Positions 1 to 11,600 of a stretch of 64,000 nt of DNA are shown in pieces. The translations under genes were made by a program, and so were the position numbers. Each line of letters begins with the position of its first letter. The first letter of the stretch is position 1. Below the pieces are notes generated by a model, which saw only the letters and a program-made list of their open reading frames with translations, was not told where the DNA came from and made no database searches. The stretch is from positions 61,008,001 through 61,072,000 of the forward strand of contig NC_043008.1 in the NCBI RefSeq assembly GCF_006345805.1, in the 5' to 3' direction. This stretch comes from Octopus sinensis. Taxonomy: Eukaryota.

Positions 1-239
1 AGGAAAGAAAGAAAGAAAGACGAAAAGTCGGAATGAAAGAAAGTTATAGGAAACAACGCTTTAATAGGAACGTTAGCCACAACAACAATCGGATAATACA
101 AAACAGATATTGAGTATCTAATCCATTACTAACTACCTGCAAAGATAACTGAGTCTTTGTAGAAAACTTCATTATTGATTTGAGATATTTCACACATCGG
201 CAGACACTTTTGCCTCTCACTTTAAAAGCAACAATCGAT

Positions 240-382
240 GTTTGTTACTGTTTATGCTCGTATTTGTATATGTATGTCGATATGTATTTGCGTATGCGTA
301 TGCGCATACACAGAGACACACAGAGACATTTATATATACATTTATATTCTTACATACGTATATGAATATACATATATATATG

Positions 383-429
<47 letters not shown>

Positions 430-653
430 CTGTGTGTGTGTGTGTGTCTGTGTTTCTGTGTGTTTGTGTGTGTGTGTACATATGATATATATGTATATAG
501 ATGTACATGTATATATAGAGGATAATACATACATATAAATATATATTTATTATATATATATATATGTGTATATATAGAGATTATACACATATAAATATAT
601 ATTTATATATATATATATATATGTGTATATATAGCTATATATTTTATTTATAG

Positions 654-709
<56 letters not shown>

Positions 710-960
710 TATATATTGTATATATATAGTTATACATTTAATGTATAGATATATGTATATATATACGTATGAATAAATGAATTGATAGATATAGATATAC
801 ATTGTCAAAGTTATAGATCATTGTATACATACGTATGTATCTATCTTCGTATGTCTCTCTCTCTCACGGCATATATATATATACATACATTCTCACCCAA
901 CACACACACACATATATATATGCATTTATATGTGATATGTACACACGTTAACACTCATAC
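240..960. repeat. Compound (TA)n/(TG)n/(CA)n microsatellite block
   Basis: Directly visible dinucleotide runs; explains the YIYI/CVCV ORFs. Confidence 0.95.
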
Positions 961-2086
961 ATACGCATTTCATATATACGTATTTCTTTACATATATGTG
1001 TATGTTACAGAGCAATGTAATTGTGAGTGTTTTGCAATTTTAATTTAAGTCACTTTACTGTGATAAATAGCGTACTCTATCGAGTATGTGTTACGTTTTT
1101 TAGAATACGATGCATCTGGGATTAGACCAGAGTAGATCAAAGTTATAATGGCGTACCTATTGAAACATGGCAAATAGCAACGAAAATAATTGGTGAACAT
1201 TTTTTGTAGAAGTCCAATCAATATTGGATCGAATAGACCGTAAGCATTTTATTTCATGTGGTGTTAACATGAGTTGTTTATGATCTTAATGAGTAGGAGC
1301 GGCAAATTTCTTTTTTCCCCCTCAATATAGTTGAAGATTGTGAAACCCTTAGGAAACTAGAAAATATATAAAATAGAATTAAAATGGTTGTCGATTGCAG
1401 TTTTTGGCGATTCTTTTCGCCCCCGTTTCAAATTAACCTAATTTATTGGCAATGAAACACCGCGTGACTACTGCTGTCATGCTTCATGTTAATCTGTGAT
1501 TTCTTTTACGCTTGTCAGATACTGTAGTTGTCTCGTGGTTTGAGATCGTTGGTGACAAAATCGTACATTGCCTTGGTATCCAAGATAGATCGGACTTGCT
1601 CTTCTGACTCTTGTTACTGACGACGATGATGATGTTATTGATACCGATAAGTACAACAAAGACAACAATGATATAGATGATGATATAACGGCGTCAACGA
1701 CGATGACGATGATTTGCTGCGATCGAAGATTGCTAAAGCTTGTTAATGTCACTGTATAATTTATGTTAGTGAAGATTGTGGCGTCAATGATGTATTGTAA
1801 ATTTTGGTGGCATTGTAAGTGTTAAAAACCACAACGGTTCCTTGGTTTAGCACTGTATCAACACTTTTTAGTCATACTTGTGGCAAAATAACGCTAGCTT
1901 ATGACCATTTCGCCGTATTGTGTAATATAAGTATGCACTATCCTATGTATACCTCTGTATTTAAGGTATTAAGGTTTTATGTTGGTTTCAAATTTTGGCA
2001 CATAGCTAGCTTTTCTTTAAATCTTGGCACAATGACAGCAATTGTGGGTAAGGATGAAAGTCAATTATATCATCGCAGTGCTCACC

Positions 2087-2221
2087 TGGTACTTATTTTT
2101 TGAACCCCAAAAGGACAAAATACAATCGATCTTGCGGGGTTTTGAACTCAGAATGTAAAAACGGAAGATATACTGCCAAGCATTTTGCTCGGCTCGCTAA
2201 ATCTTTTGCTTGCTCACCGCC
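2087..2221 (-). mobile_element. Degenerate copy of SINE family B
   Basis: ggtacttatttt..gaaccccaaaagga..tttgaactcagaatgtaa..aagcatttt..ctcaccgcc matches the reverse complement of the intact copies at 11141 and 16166. Confidence 0.55.
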
Positions 2222-2859
2222 TTATGGCGCTGTATCAGCTGCTATGCTTTACAAGAGAGGTAACCATGTATTGGCACTTTTTGATAGCCACCATTCTTTG
2301 TGGTCATGGTGGAGCTGTAGACGAGGCGGTAGTGTAGTTGTATCAAAATCTGTATTAATATTAATGGCAGGAGTGCTCGTGATAAAAAAATGGTGACGAT
2401 GGAATCAATATTGGTGAATCGGGTACTCGATCTTCATCGAATCTATTGGAAACACTTGAACGTTCTTCGAAACACATTTGACACATTAACGAGACGTAAC
2501 GATCATTGGTAAAGAACTGAAAAAGGCAATATGTAGAATTATACACACAGACGTGCATACATGTATGAATGTGTTTATGTAAATGCATGTATGCATGTAG
2601 GTACGTATGTATATAAGTATACGTGTACATGTGTACGTACGTATGTATTCATTGAAGGTGTGTGTGTGTGTGTGTATGAGTGTGTCTGTGTGTGTACGTA
2701 TGTATATTTATACAGTTAGTTAGTTAGCCACGTAAGAAGTTCAAGACTACACACAAAACAAAACAAAAGAAACTAAGAATGTAAGAGCAAAAATAAAAGA
2801 AACAAGTAACAAGTGTAGGAAACGAAATTAAACGAGCAAAACCACAACAAAACCAATAG

Positions 2860-2917
2860 GAAAAACAAGAACAACAATATTAGTAACAACGACAACAACA
2901 ACAATAATAATAACAAC

Positions 2918-2973
<56 letters not shown>

Positions 2974-3200
2974 TAACAATAATATTAATATTAATAATAA
3001 TGATGATAATAATGATAATAAAAGAAGTCGAAGAAGAAGAAGCAGAAGAAAAAAGAAGAAGAAGTAGAAGCAGAAGAAGTAGAAGAAGAAGAAAAATTAG
3101 AAGAAGAAGAAGAAGAAGAAGAAGAAGAAGAAGAAGAAGAAGAAGAAGAAGAAGAAGAAGAAGAAGAAGAAGAAGAAGAAGATGATGAAGAAGAAAAAGA
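2860..3200. repeat. Compound trinucleotide array (AAC/AAT)n followed by long (GAA)n
   Basis: Directly visible; source of the poly-L, poly-S and poly-R ORFs. Confidence 0.95.
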
Positions 3201-3714
3201 AGAAAAGACGCAGAATGTTAATAATAAAGAAAACAATGTTAATATTAATACGATAACAATAAAAGCAAAAACAAAATCATGAAAATATAAATTTTTCAAT
3301 AGCCGTTTCAATTACATCGTTGATAGCTCTGAATATATATCATGTTCTTTGGAAAGAGAAATCATTAGACATATTCGATTGATACGATCAATATTCTATC
3401 TAGCGGTTTTTATCTTATTTCGTTACACATTATTCTATCTTTAAAACTATAATCCACATACAGATGTGAATGCGACACACAAAAAGCACAACAGAAATGC
3501 ATATACACTTACGTATGTATGTCTTTATGAATATATGTATATGGCTGACACACACACACACACATACGCATAGACATACACACACATAGACACACACATA
3601 ATCCGATATATACACAAATAAATATAACATACTTAAACACACTTATAATACGTATGAATATATGTACTTGTATATATATGAATATATGTATGTACATATG
3701 TGTATATATATATA

Positions 3715-3755
<41 letters not shown>

Positions 3756-4572
3756 TACGCACACACACATACACACATGCACACACACGTACACACACAC
3801 ACATGTATATATATAGAGAGAGGGGGGAGAGAGATACGTATGCTATTATTTATAGCTTATGTAACTCGAGAGCTAATATTCTCCAAAAAGAATTATTTCA
3901 CGTTTTCTCGGAAGGAAGTGTATAAATCCTAATGACGTCATACTCTCCCCCCCCCCCCCCACACACTATATATCAGAGTATCATAATAGCGATAAGACAC
4001 TCAGATGCTATTGAACATCACTGGTCATTTTGCGTTTACAAGTTTCCAATCCAGTCTTAATTTATTCTTATCCATCTTCAACCAAATCGCTTAACTAAAT
4101 AGTCTTCCCATCGTTGTGGAGGGTTCCAAGAGATCTTTTCTTATCCCCTGGATCCCCCTTGACCACAGCAGAAGCCGTCCTGTTGTCTGGAGGCCTTGCA
4201 ACATGTCTGACCCAGTGGTAGTTGTGTTTTCATTATTCTGTGATCATATCATTCACTCCACTCTCTTCTTTATATTATCTGGAAATATATATATATATAT
4301 AATTATTATTTGAGGGAATAAAATCCAAACTTACAAGGAAAAAGAATTTAATTTAGATATAACATGTGTCGTTTTTCTACCTATTATATACATTATATTA
4401 TTTTTGTAATTTACTTAATCTTTACATTTTAATTGTTATTTTAATTTTAACTTTTCTATTATCTGTAATTTTCTAGATGGTGTAATTTAATTATTCATTT
4501 TGAATTGATAAACGGTGTTTTTTTTTCTAATATTATATATATAAACTGTGGACATAGGGGTATGACTACCTA

Positions 4573-4907
4573 CTACGTATATTCCCTATTTATAACTGGG
4601 GATGTTGCATTTATGAGGACTACTGTATTTGTCTGAGTGTTGGGTCCTTCGGGTGCTTGGATAAAATGCGGATGCCAATGTGATCCAGGTTGACTCCATG
4701 TCGGTCTTTGGCATGTTGGTACAGTATGGAGGACTGCTTTTTTTCGTCATGTTGTGTCAGACGGTCATTTAGTCTTTCCGCAATGCTCCTGGATGTCTTA
4801 TCTATGTATATGATGTTATTGTCTTTACAAACACCTTGCACACACACAAAATATACATGTTTCCCCTCATCCCTGCTGTGGTGCCAGTGTGCATGGAGCC
4901 CAACCAA
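4573..4907 (-). mobile_element. Penelope-like element remnant, GIY-YIG endonuclease C-terminus (frameshifted)
   Basis: Translation HVYFVCVQGVCKDNNIIYIDKTSRSIAERLNDRLTQH..SSILYQHAKDRH..IRILSKHPKDPTLRQIQ; after a frameshift near 4620 it continues VVLINATSPVINREYT*. This fits the PLE pattern VY..C..C..YIG.T.R.L..R..EH...H...IL...R.I.E..I....P.IN. Confidence 0.8.
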
Positions 4908-5128
4908 ACTGTTGAGTCAGTGTATGTTAATGTGATGGTATAAAAATTATCATTGTCCTTAAAATATGGTCATTTTCTTAAGCATGTCAAATGAAACAGA
5001 TTGAATACATATCAGATCAATATGCATAAGTATTTCAAAATAATAGATATAATAAATTTCGTTTGTTTTCTTTTACTTTAATAACCTGAACTTAAAACTA
5101 TATGTTTAAAAGTATATTCATATTTGCT

Positions 5129-5344
5129 TCACGTGAAGCGGGAGGAAACCTTGTTCGCGGTCGACTTCAGCTTACGGAGGTCGGACTTCACATCGCAGTC
5201 GTCGACGCTTTTCCGCATCGCTGATGCCGGCTTCGTGTCCAGCGGTAAGTCGGTCATTCCTTTAATGGGTTCGGTCGCCGTTCCACCACATATGGGCAAG
5301 CATATCGACCGGCGGCCAGCGGTCGTCTCGGAACTGGAACAGAA
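5129..5344 (-). CDS. Candidate terminal coding exon of an unidentified gene (FCSSSETTAGRRSICLPICGGTATEPIKGMTDLPLDTKPASAMRKSVDDCDVKSDLRKLKSTANKVSSRFT*)
   Basis: GC/CpG-rich island in AT-rich DNA; open minus frame with G/C-rich third positions and K/D/T/S composition; possible acceptors ttcctcAG (5345-46) and ctgttccAG (5334-35); stop TGA 5129-5131 followed by AT-rich sequence containing ATTAAA. No homolog recognised. Confidence 0.35.
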   Translation of the reverse strand, partial: FCSSSETTAGRRSICLPICGGTATEPIKGMTDLPLDTKPASAMRKSVDDCDVKSDLRKLKSTANKVSSRFT

Positions 5345-5736
5345 CTGAGGAATCCAATTGTTTAATCAAAGCAGAGTATCACGCAGTCAGCTGACCCGCA
5401 CAGACACGATGTGATTTCTACTCGGTGCTCTGAATGTCAAAATGAAGAAATTCAACTAATCACAGTAAGAGTGCTACCTTATCACGGTAAGACTGCTTCT
5501 ACCGTGGATGGAGCTAATTGGAAAGGTACAACCTCACCGAAGTAATATTTTCACATTAGGTTTTACCGAAATCGTCCGGGATTTCTCGAAGCACGCTACC
5601 GTACCATGATGAGAAACCGTACTTAATACATACGCGCTATGACAAAAATCTACTGTGGTACCAATTATTCCACACGCGTTACTGTTCATCGGATAAGCAC
5701 TGCCTGAGAGCCGAGATACGTGGCCGTTCTACTCAC

Positions 5737-5786
5737 GTTTCGGATGCTGGTCCTTACTTAACCATTGCTTAGGCACGTTAAGATAG
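5737..5786 (-). CDS. Candidate 50-nt internal exon (YLNVPKQWLSKDQHPK)
   Basis: Acceptor atatttttcAG (5787-88), donor AAC|GTGAGT (5731-36), exactly one open frame. Splice-like signals can occur by chance. Confidence 0.25.
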
Positions 5787-5924
5787 CTGAAAAATATTTC
5801 GCTTGGATTATTACTTTTTCCGATTCATGGGTTATTTCGTGCGCTCACGACTCTTCATCCAAAAGGAAGTGGAAACTTCGGTGAAGAATTTCCTTCACCC
5901 GAAGGACAAGAACCAGCATCAACA

Positions 5925-6078
5925 AGAGTGGCTGCTTGGTAGGTATCTTGCTTACGAACCACATGGTCCCGGGTTCAGTCTCACTGCGTGGGACTTCGGG
6001 CAAGTGTCTTCTACTATAGCCTCTATTAAAGCCTTGTGAGTGGATTTGGTAGGCAGAAACTGAAAGAAGCCCGTCGTA

Positions 6079-6120
<42 letters not shown>

Positions 6121-6341
6121 TGTGTGTGTGTGTGTGTTTGCGTGTCTGTGTTTGTCCCCCCCCCCAACATTACTTGTCAACCGATGCTAGTATGTTTACG
6201 TCCCCGTAAATTAGCGGTTCGGCAAAAGAGACCGATATAATAAGTAGTAGGTTTACAATCCTGGGGTCTATTTGCTCGACTAAAGGCGGTGCTCCAGCAT
6301 GGCCGCAGTCAAATGACTGAAATAAGTAAAAGAGTAAAAGA
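5925..6341 (+). mobile_element. SINE family A (tRNA head, CORE-like segment, internal (TA)n(TG)n, AAAGAGT tail; probably octopus OK-type)
   Basis: gagtggctg..ggttcagtc..cttcgggcaagtgtcttctactatagcc..(TA)(TG)..gctccagcatggccgcagtcaaatgactgaaataagtaaaagagtaaaag; about 10 homologous copies in the window. Family name from memory. Confidence 0.9.
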
Positions 6342-7474
6342 ATATGGATTCAAAGAACTAGTAAAAAAAGGTGGCTTCAAATGGCACAAGACTATAGCCA
6401 GTACACTAGGCTGCCTTTATTTTAACTTAACGAAAAGAGCACATAAGTTACCAAAATATTACAAAGCATTTGACTAAACGATATAATTTCTTTACTAAAT
6501 TAATGACTTGCAATATCCTTCATGTTTTCCTCTTGCTACTAATTCGTGTTGGTGACACGAAGACACATGAGCACACACACACACACATACACACACACAT
6601 AAGCACGACCGCACGCACATAGACATACACAATCGCTCATATATACTTATAAATCGTCCTACATCAATTCTATTGCCAAAGGATCTTTGGTAGCTAATTT
6701 CCCACGAGACAGAAAAAAAAAATAGACATTATTAAACTGTCGCATGTTCCCTTGTTTATTATTTCAATGACCAGCAAAATGAATATATTTGTTTTCGTCA
6801 ATAGAAATTTACTGACATATCTGTTTTTACTCTATTTCATGTTTTTGCATAAATTTTCACTTTTTTGTGTAGTATTTATATTTATTGTAAACATTCTTAT
6901 TTTACATGTTCTTATGCTATTTCTATTATATTCATTGACTTAAAAACTGCTTCTTTGTAATGTATTTCTAAACCATTTATTTCACATGTGCAACTTTTTT
7001 TTTTAACGTTTGAAAATTACAAAGAATTTCAGAAAGAAAAACATCATGGCATATTGTTAAATTGGTATTTAAAATATAATTAAAAAAAAAAAAGAAAAAG
7101 CGATAGAAAGATTTGGTGTAGATCACTTTTAAACAGAAGCAATCAGAAACAGAATGTTTTCGGAATGTTTCATTTCCTTCGCCTCATTCCACCACTCCCA
7201 TGGTGTCTCCTCTTTTTTATTACTTGTTTACTTTTTTATTATTAGAATATATTTTCAGTCAGTATTTACTGAAGAAATATTTATCTTTTTTCCTCCTTTC
7301 CTCTCATGTTTTTCCTTGTTTTGCATTTAATCTGAGTAATAAGCATACGCTGTGACACCCCGCTATTTGCCACCTCACAATCTTTTACGTCATCCGAAAG
7401 TTAGTACCACTGTTCGGTTTGACAACCATTGATATAAGTACTTTCTGAATTTGGTAAGATCTCAGCAATTCTTA

Positions 7475-7635
7475 GGGAAGGAAGTTAGTCGATTAAGTCG
7501 ACCTCAGTACTTAATTGTAGTGTATTTTATTGACTCTTAACGGATGAAAAGATGAGTTGACTCGGTTACAAACTAAACGTTAAGAGCTTCAAGATATACT
7601 GCAAGCATTTCTTCGGACACCTTATCGATTTTGCA
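7475..7635 (-). mobile_element. Degenerate SINE family B
   Basis: gtcgattaagtcgacctcagtact..ggatgaaaag..gttgacctcgg..gcaagcatttc resembles the reverse complement of family B. Confidence 0.5.
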
Positions 7636-8787
7636 ACAAACTTGCTGCGTATTTATCGATAGAAATGACTTTAGTGTTGAGGTGCTGACTATGATTTTTC
7701 AATCGATGTAGCCCCCGGTCAAACTAGATCTCGTAGACGTATAAACACATGTTTTAAATTTATAATAATACCGATAATTTCTGAGGCATAATTTTACTCT
7801 GTAACATTCAGATTACATATTTGGTAACTTTAACTATTATTTCTAACAGATCGGACACCCTAGTGCAGATCATATATCGATTGGATGACACTATATTTTG
7901 AGAAGTCGTAATTTTCCATTTCTAATTATCTAGCTTGAGTTATATAAATCTTAGCAGTGCGTAAGCATTATAGAATTGACACATTTGTTTCAGTGTTTAC
8001 AATACAGCGGTCATCGAATCACCCAGCATAAATTATCAGCTTCCAGCCAAAACAACAGAGCAAGGTTCTGTCTATACGGAAAGAGAATTGCTTAACATTT
8101 TGTAAGCATAAAGCAATGGTGAATGCTATGGATACATAATGATTCTCTGTGAAATGCTGCTATACATTCAGCCTGGATTATCCAGCTATTTAACATATCA
8201 GTTTGTTAGGGCAAATATATCACCTTACCGATGAAACATATAGACATCTGGTCAAGGAAATCTGTTCTACATTTAGAACCTGTTTACATAGCAGGCAGAT
8301 ATTTCTATAGGCTGGTTTTTATTTTCCGAGAAAGTGAAGATTAATGACTTTGAGTTAATATACTGAATGAAAATGTGCGAAATCTCTTTTGATATAAGAC
8401 AGAATATAATGTTTGCCGAAATATTTTGCGCATAATCTCTTTTCCCCGGAAATATCAGATTTAAAAATGCTGAATGCTGACAGAAACAAAATAGCTGTTA
8501 TGCACACAAAATGATATGACCCGTCTATCAACATAGATATCACCAAATAGATATCATCAATTTTTTGAGCTGCCGCCGTATGGTATGTAGATATTTTCAA
8601 AACAGTATTGTTTTATTATACAATCAAAATCAATAAAGATGTATTTTAACACTATAGTTTTGAAAAGGAAAATCATATTTGAGATTTGGATATTTGGAGT
8701 ATAAGTGAAATGAAATAAAGGCAATCGTCAAGAGCAACAAATCAGTTAATTTCTAAGTTCATCGACAAGGTAGGAAGAGGTTAGGCA

Positions 8788-9762
8788 TATATGCATGCAT
8801 GCATACATACATACATACATACATACATACATGCATGCATGCATACATACATACATATATATACATACATACATGCATACATACATGCATACATACATGC
8901 ATACATGCATACATACATACATACATATATACATACATACATGAATACATACATACATACATACATGCATACATACATACATACATACATACATGCATGC
9001 ATACATACATACATGCATACATACATGCATACATGCATACATACATACATACATACATACATGCATACATACATGCATACATACATACATACATACATAC
9101 ATGCATGCATACATACATACATGCATACATACATACATACATACATGCATGCATACATACATACATGCATACATCATCATCATCATCATTGTTCGACCGT
9201 GGTCGAGACAATGGAATTTACCATGTTGCGCCAGACTTCACGGTCCATCATAGCATTACGGAGGTCCTGTTGCTGGATGCCTGTATCCCTGGAGATTACA
9301 TCAGGGTAGGAGAGTGTGCGCCCTCTGGTGTTGCGAGTAGATGGCTTCCAGAGGAGAAGAGTAGAAATTACTTCTTTTTCAGCTCTACAACAATGTCCAG
9401 CAAACTGGACTCTCCTACCTTTCACAAGAGATGACACAGGTGGTAATTTCCCATATATTTGCATACATGCATACATACATACATACATATATGCATGCAT
9501 ACATACATACATACATACATGCATGCATACATACATACATACAGGCATACATACATACATGCATGCATACATACATACATACATACATACATACATGCAT
9601 GCATGCATACATACATACATGCATGCATGCATACATACATACATACATACATACATACATACATACATACATACATACATGCATACGTACATACATACGT
9701 ACATATTCATACATACATACATACATACATACATGCATACATACATACGTATGTACATACCT
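8788..9762. repeat. (CATA/CATG)n tetranucleotide array split by an RTE LINE insertion
   Basis: Two arrays, 8788-9171 and 9463-9762. Confidence 0.95.
9172..9462 (-). mobile_element. 5'-truncated RTE-clade LINE, 3' end of ORF2 with (TGA)n tail
   Basis: Uninterrupted QIYGKLPPVSSLVKGRRVQFAGHCCRAEKEVISTLLLWKPSTRNTRGRTLSYPDVISRDTGIQQQDLRNAMMDREVWRNMV..* fits the RTE C-terminal RR...AGH..R...W.P...RGR...D...DR..WR motif; stop at 9186-88 runs into (TGA)n. Confidence 0.9.
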
Positions 9763-9861
9763 AATCATATCGAAGGGAAATGGAAATTAATAGAAATGTT
9801 CACTTCCAGTTGCCTGGTGTGTAAAAATTTAGTCCAAAGTTTATGTATTACTCATTAAATA

Positions 9862-10152
9862 CAGTGTACATTTAAACACATAAGGAATCCACTCGTGGGA
9901 TTCAACATGCTAGAAAGAACAGATAGGTTCAATAACCACAAAATTAGGGATAAAATTGAACAAAATGAAAATATAAAAACTTTTACCATCAAGATGGTTT
10001 TTATTTTTACCAACTAGATGGTAAAAGCTTATATTTTTTCATTTTGGTCCTGTCGTAATTTTATTCCTAATTTTGTGGTTATTGAACCTAGCTGTTCTTT
10101 CTGGCATCTTGAATCCCACGAGTGGATTCCTTATGTGTTTAAATGTACACTG
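9862..10152. mobile_element. Tc1/mariner-type MITE with long TIRs
   Basis: TA|CAGTGTACATTTAAACACATAAGGAATCCACTCGTGGGATTC ... GAATCCCACGAGTGGATTCCTTATGTGTTTAAATGTACACTG|TA; inverted arms over 100 bp; TA target duplication. Confidence 0.85.
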
Positions 10153-10554
10153 TATTTTATACGTATATACATACATACATGCATTTGAATTTTCAGAAAA
10201 AGAAATCACCTGATTAGCACATTAAGAAGACAATCTGGTGGTGTAATAGTAAAACTATGCAAGACTTTTCTCAGGTTTCAAATGCAACATTGTGTTTTTG
10301 TTATCTACATTCCACTGATGGAAATTTGTATCTTTGTTAGTAACCAATTCCTTCTATAGAGGAAGAATTCAAATAATTAAAAACAAGAGAGACATACAAA
10401 CAGACAAACGGACAGATAGACAGACACTATCACATACAGGTATATATATACACACAAAACCACAGATATGTACATAGCCATATAAAACGATATGCGTAAA
10501 ACATCACAAATTAGACACTGAAGTTACTTAAAAGGCCAGTATATAGTTGTGTGT

Positions 10555-10800
10555 GAAGGGGCGTGGCTTAGTGGTTAGGATGTTGAAATCATGATCGTAT
10601 GGTTGTGGTTTCGATTCCTAGACTGGACGATGTGTTGTATTCTTTAGCAAAATACTTCATTTTCACGTTGCTCCAGTTCACTCAGCTGGCAAAAATGAGT
10701 AATCCTGCGACGGACCGGCGTCCCGTCCAAGTGGGGGATTTCTACGCCACTGAACCGGGAAACTGGCCCTTATGAGCCTGGCATGGCTCGAGAAGGAACA
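10555..10800 (+). mobile_element. SINE family D (tRNA head, CORE-like segment, stem-loop tail)
   Basis: A box gtggcttagtggttagg, B box ggtttcgattcct, then ttctttagcaaaatacttcattttcacgttgctccag; homologous to 34194-34441. Confidence 0.8.
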
Positions 10801-10824
10801 TTTATATCTGTGTGTGTGTGTGTA

Positions 10825-10865
<41 letters not shown>

Positions 10866-10867
10866 TC

Positions 10868-11600
10868 CAGGTATCTCGCCTAGAATGAGGACAATGTACT
10901 GTAATAACGTGGGATTCAAGAGACCACATCTATTTAATGACTTGCCAAGAAATCTGAGAGACCGCTATGGAGTAAGAGATGTTTCCAAGATGTAACTTGA
11001 ACTCTTGCTGTCCAAGTTCCCAGATGAACCACGGCAAGAATCCGAAGACAGCGCAGCAGTGTCGAACACCCTCCTTCTCCAATAGCCAATTGCATAAGGA
11101 TGGCCACTGAAAAGATGTTTAAACTGGCGGTACTCCAACAGGCGGCGAGCTGGCAGAAACGTTAGCACGCCGGGCGAAATGCTTAGCGGTATTTCGTCTG
11201 CGTTACGTTCTGAGTTCAAATTCCGCTGCGGTCGACTTTGCCTTTCGTCCTTTCGGGGTCGATAAATTAAGTACCAGTTACGCACTGGGGTTGATATAAT
11301 CGACTTAATCCGTTTGTATGTCCTTGTTTGTCCTCTCTCTGTTTAGCCTCTTGTGGATAATAAAGAAATAGGTATTTCGTCTGCCTTTACGTTCTGAGTT
11401 CAAATTCCGCCGAGGTCGACTTTGCCTTTCATCCTTTCGGGGTCGATAAATTAAGTACCAGTTACGCACTGGGGTCGATGTAATCGACTTAATACCTATG
11501 TCTGTCCTTGTTTGTCCCCTCTGTGTTTAGCCCCTTGTGGGTAATAAAGAAATAGGTACTCCAACAGGCCCACAACTTTCGGTGTGAAACGTATAAAAGA
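10868..11600 (+). mobile_element. Decayed CR1/L2-group LINE 3' end, interrupted by a family B SINE
   Basis: GFKRPHLFNDLPRNLRD..SKM*LELLLSKFPDEPRQESEDSAAVSNTLLLQ* fits ..P.LFN.LP..LR....FK..LD..L...PD.P....AA.SNSL..Q. Clade assignment is approximate. Confidence 0.65.
11141..11558 (+). mobile_element. SINE family B, head plus two tandem ~185-bp body units, with 15-bp TSD
   Basis: ggcggcgagctggcagaaacgttagc head; B box gttctgagttcaaattcc in each unit; TSD GGTACTCCAACAGGC at 11129-43 and 11555-69. Confidence 0.9.
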
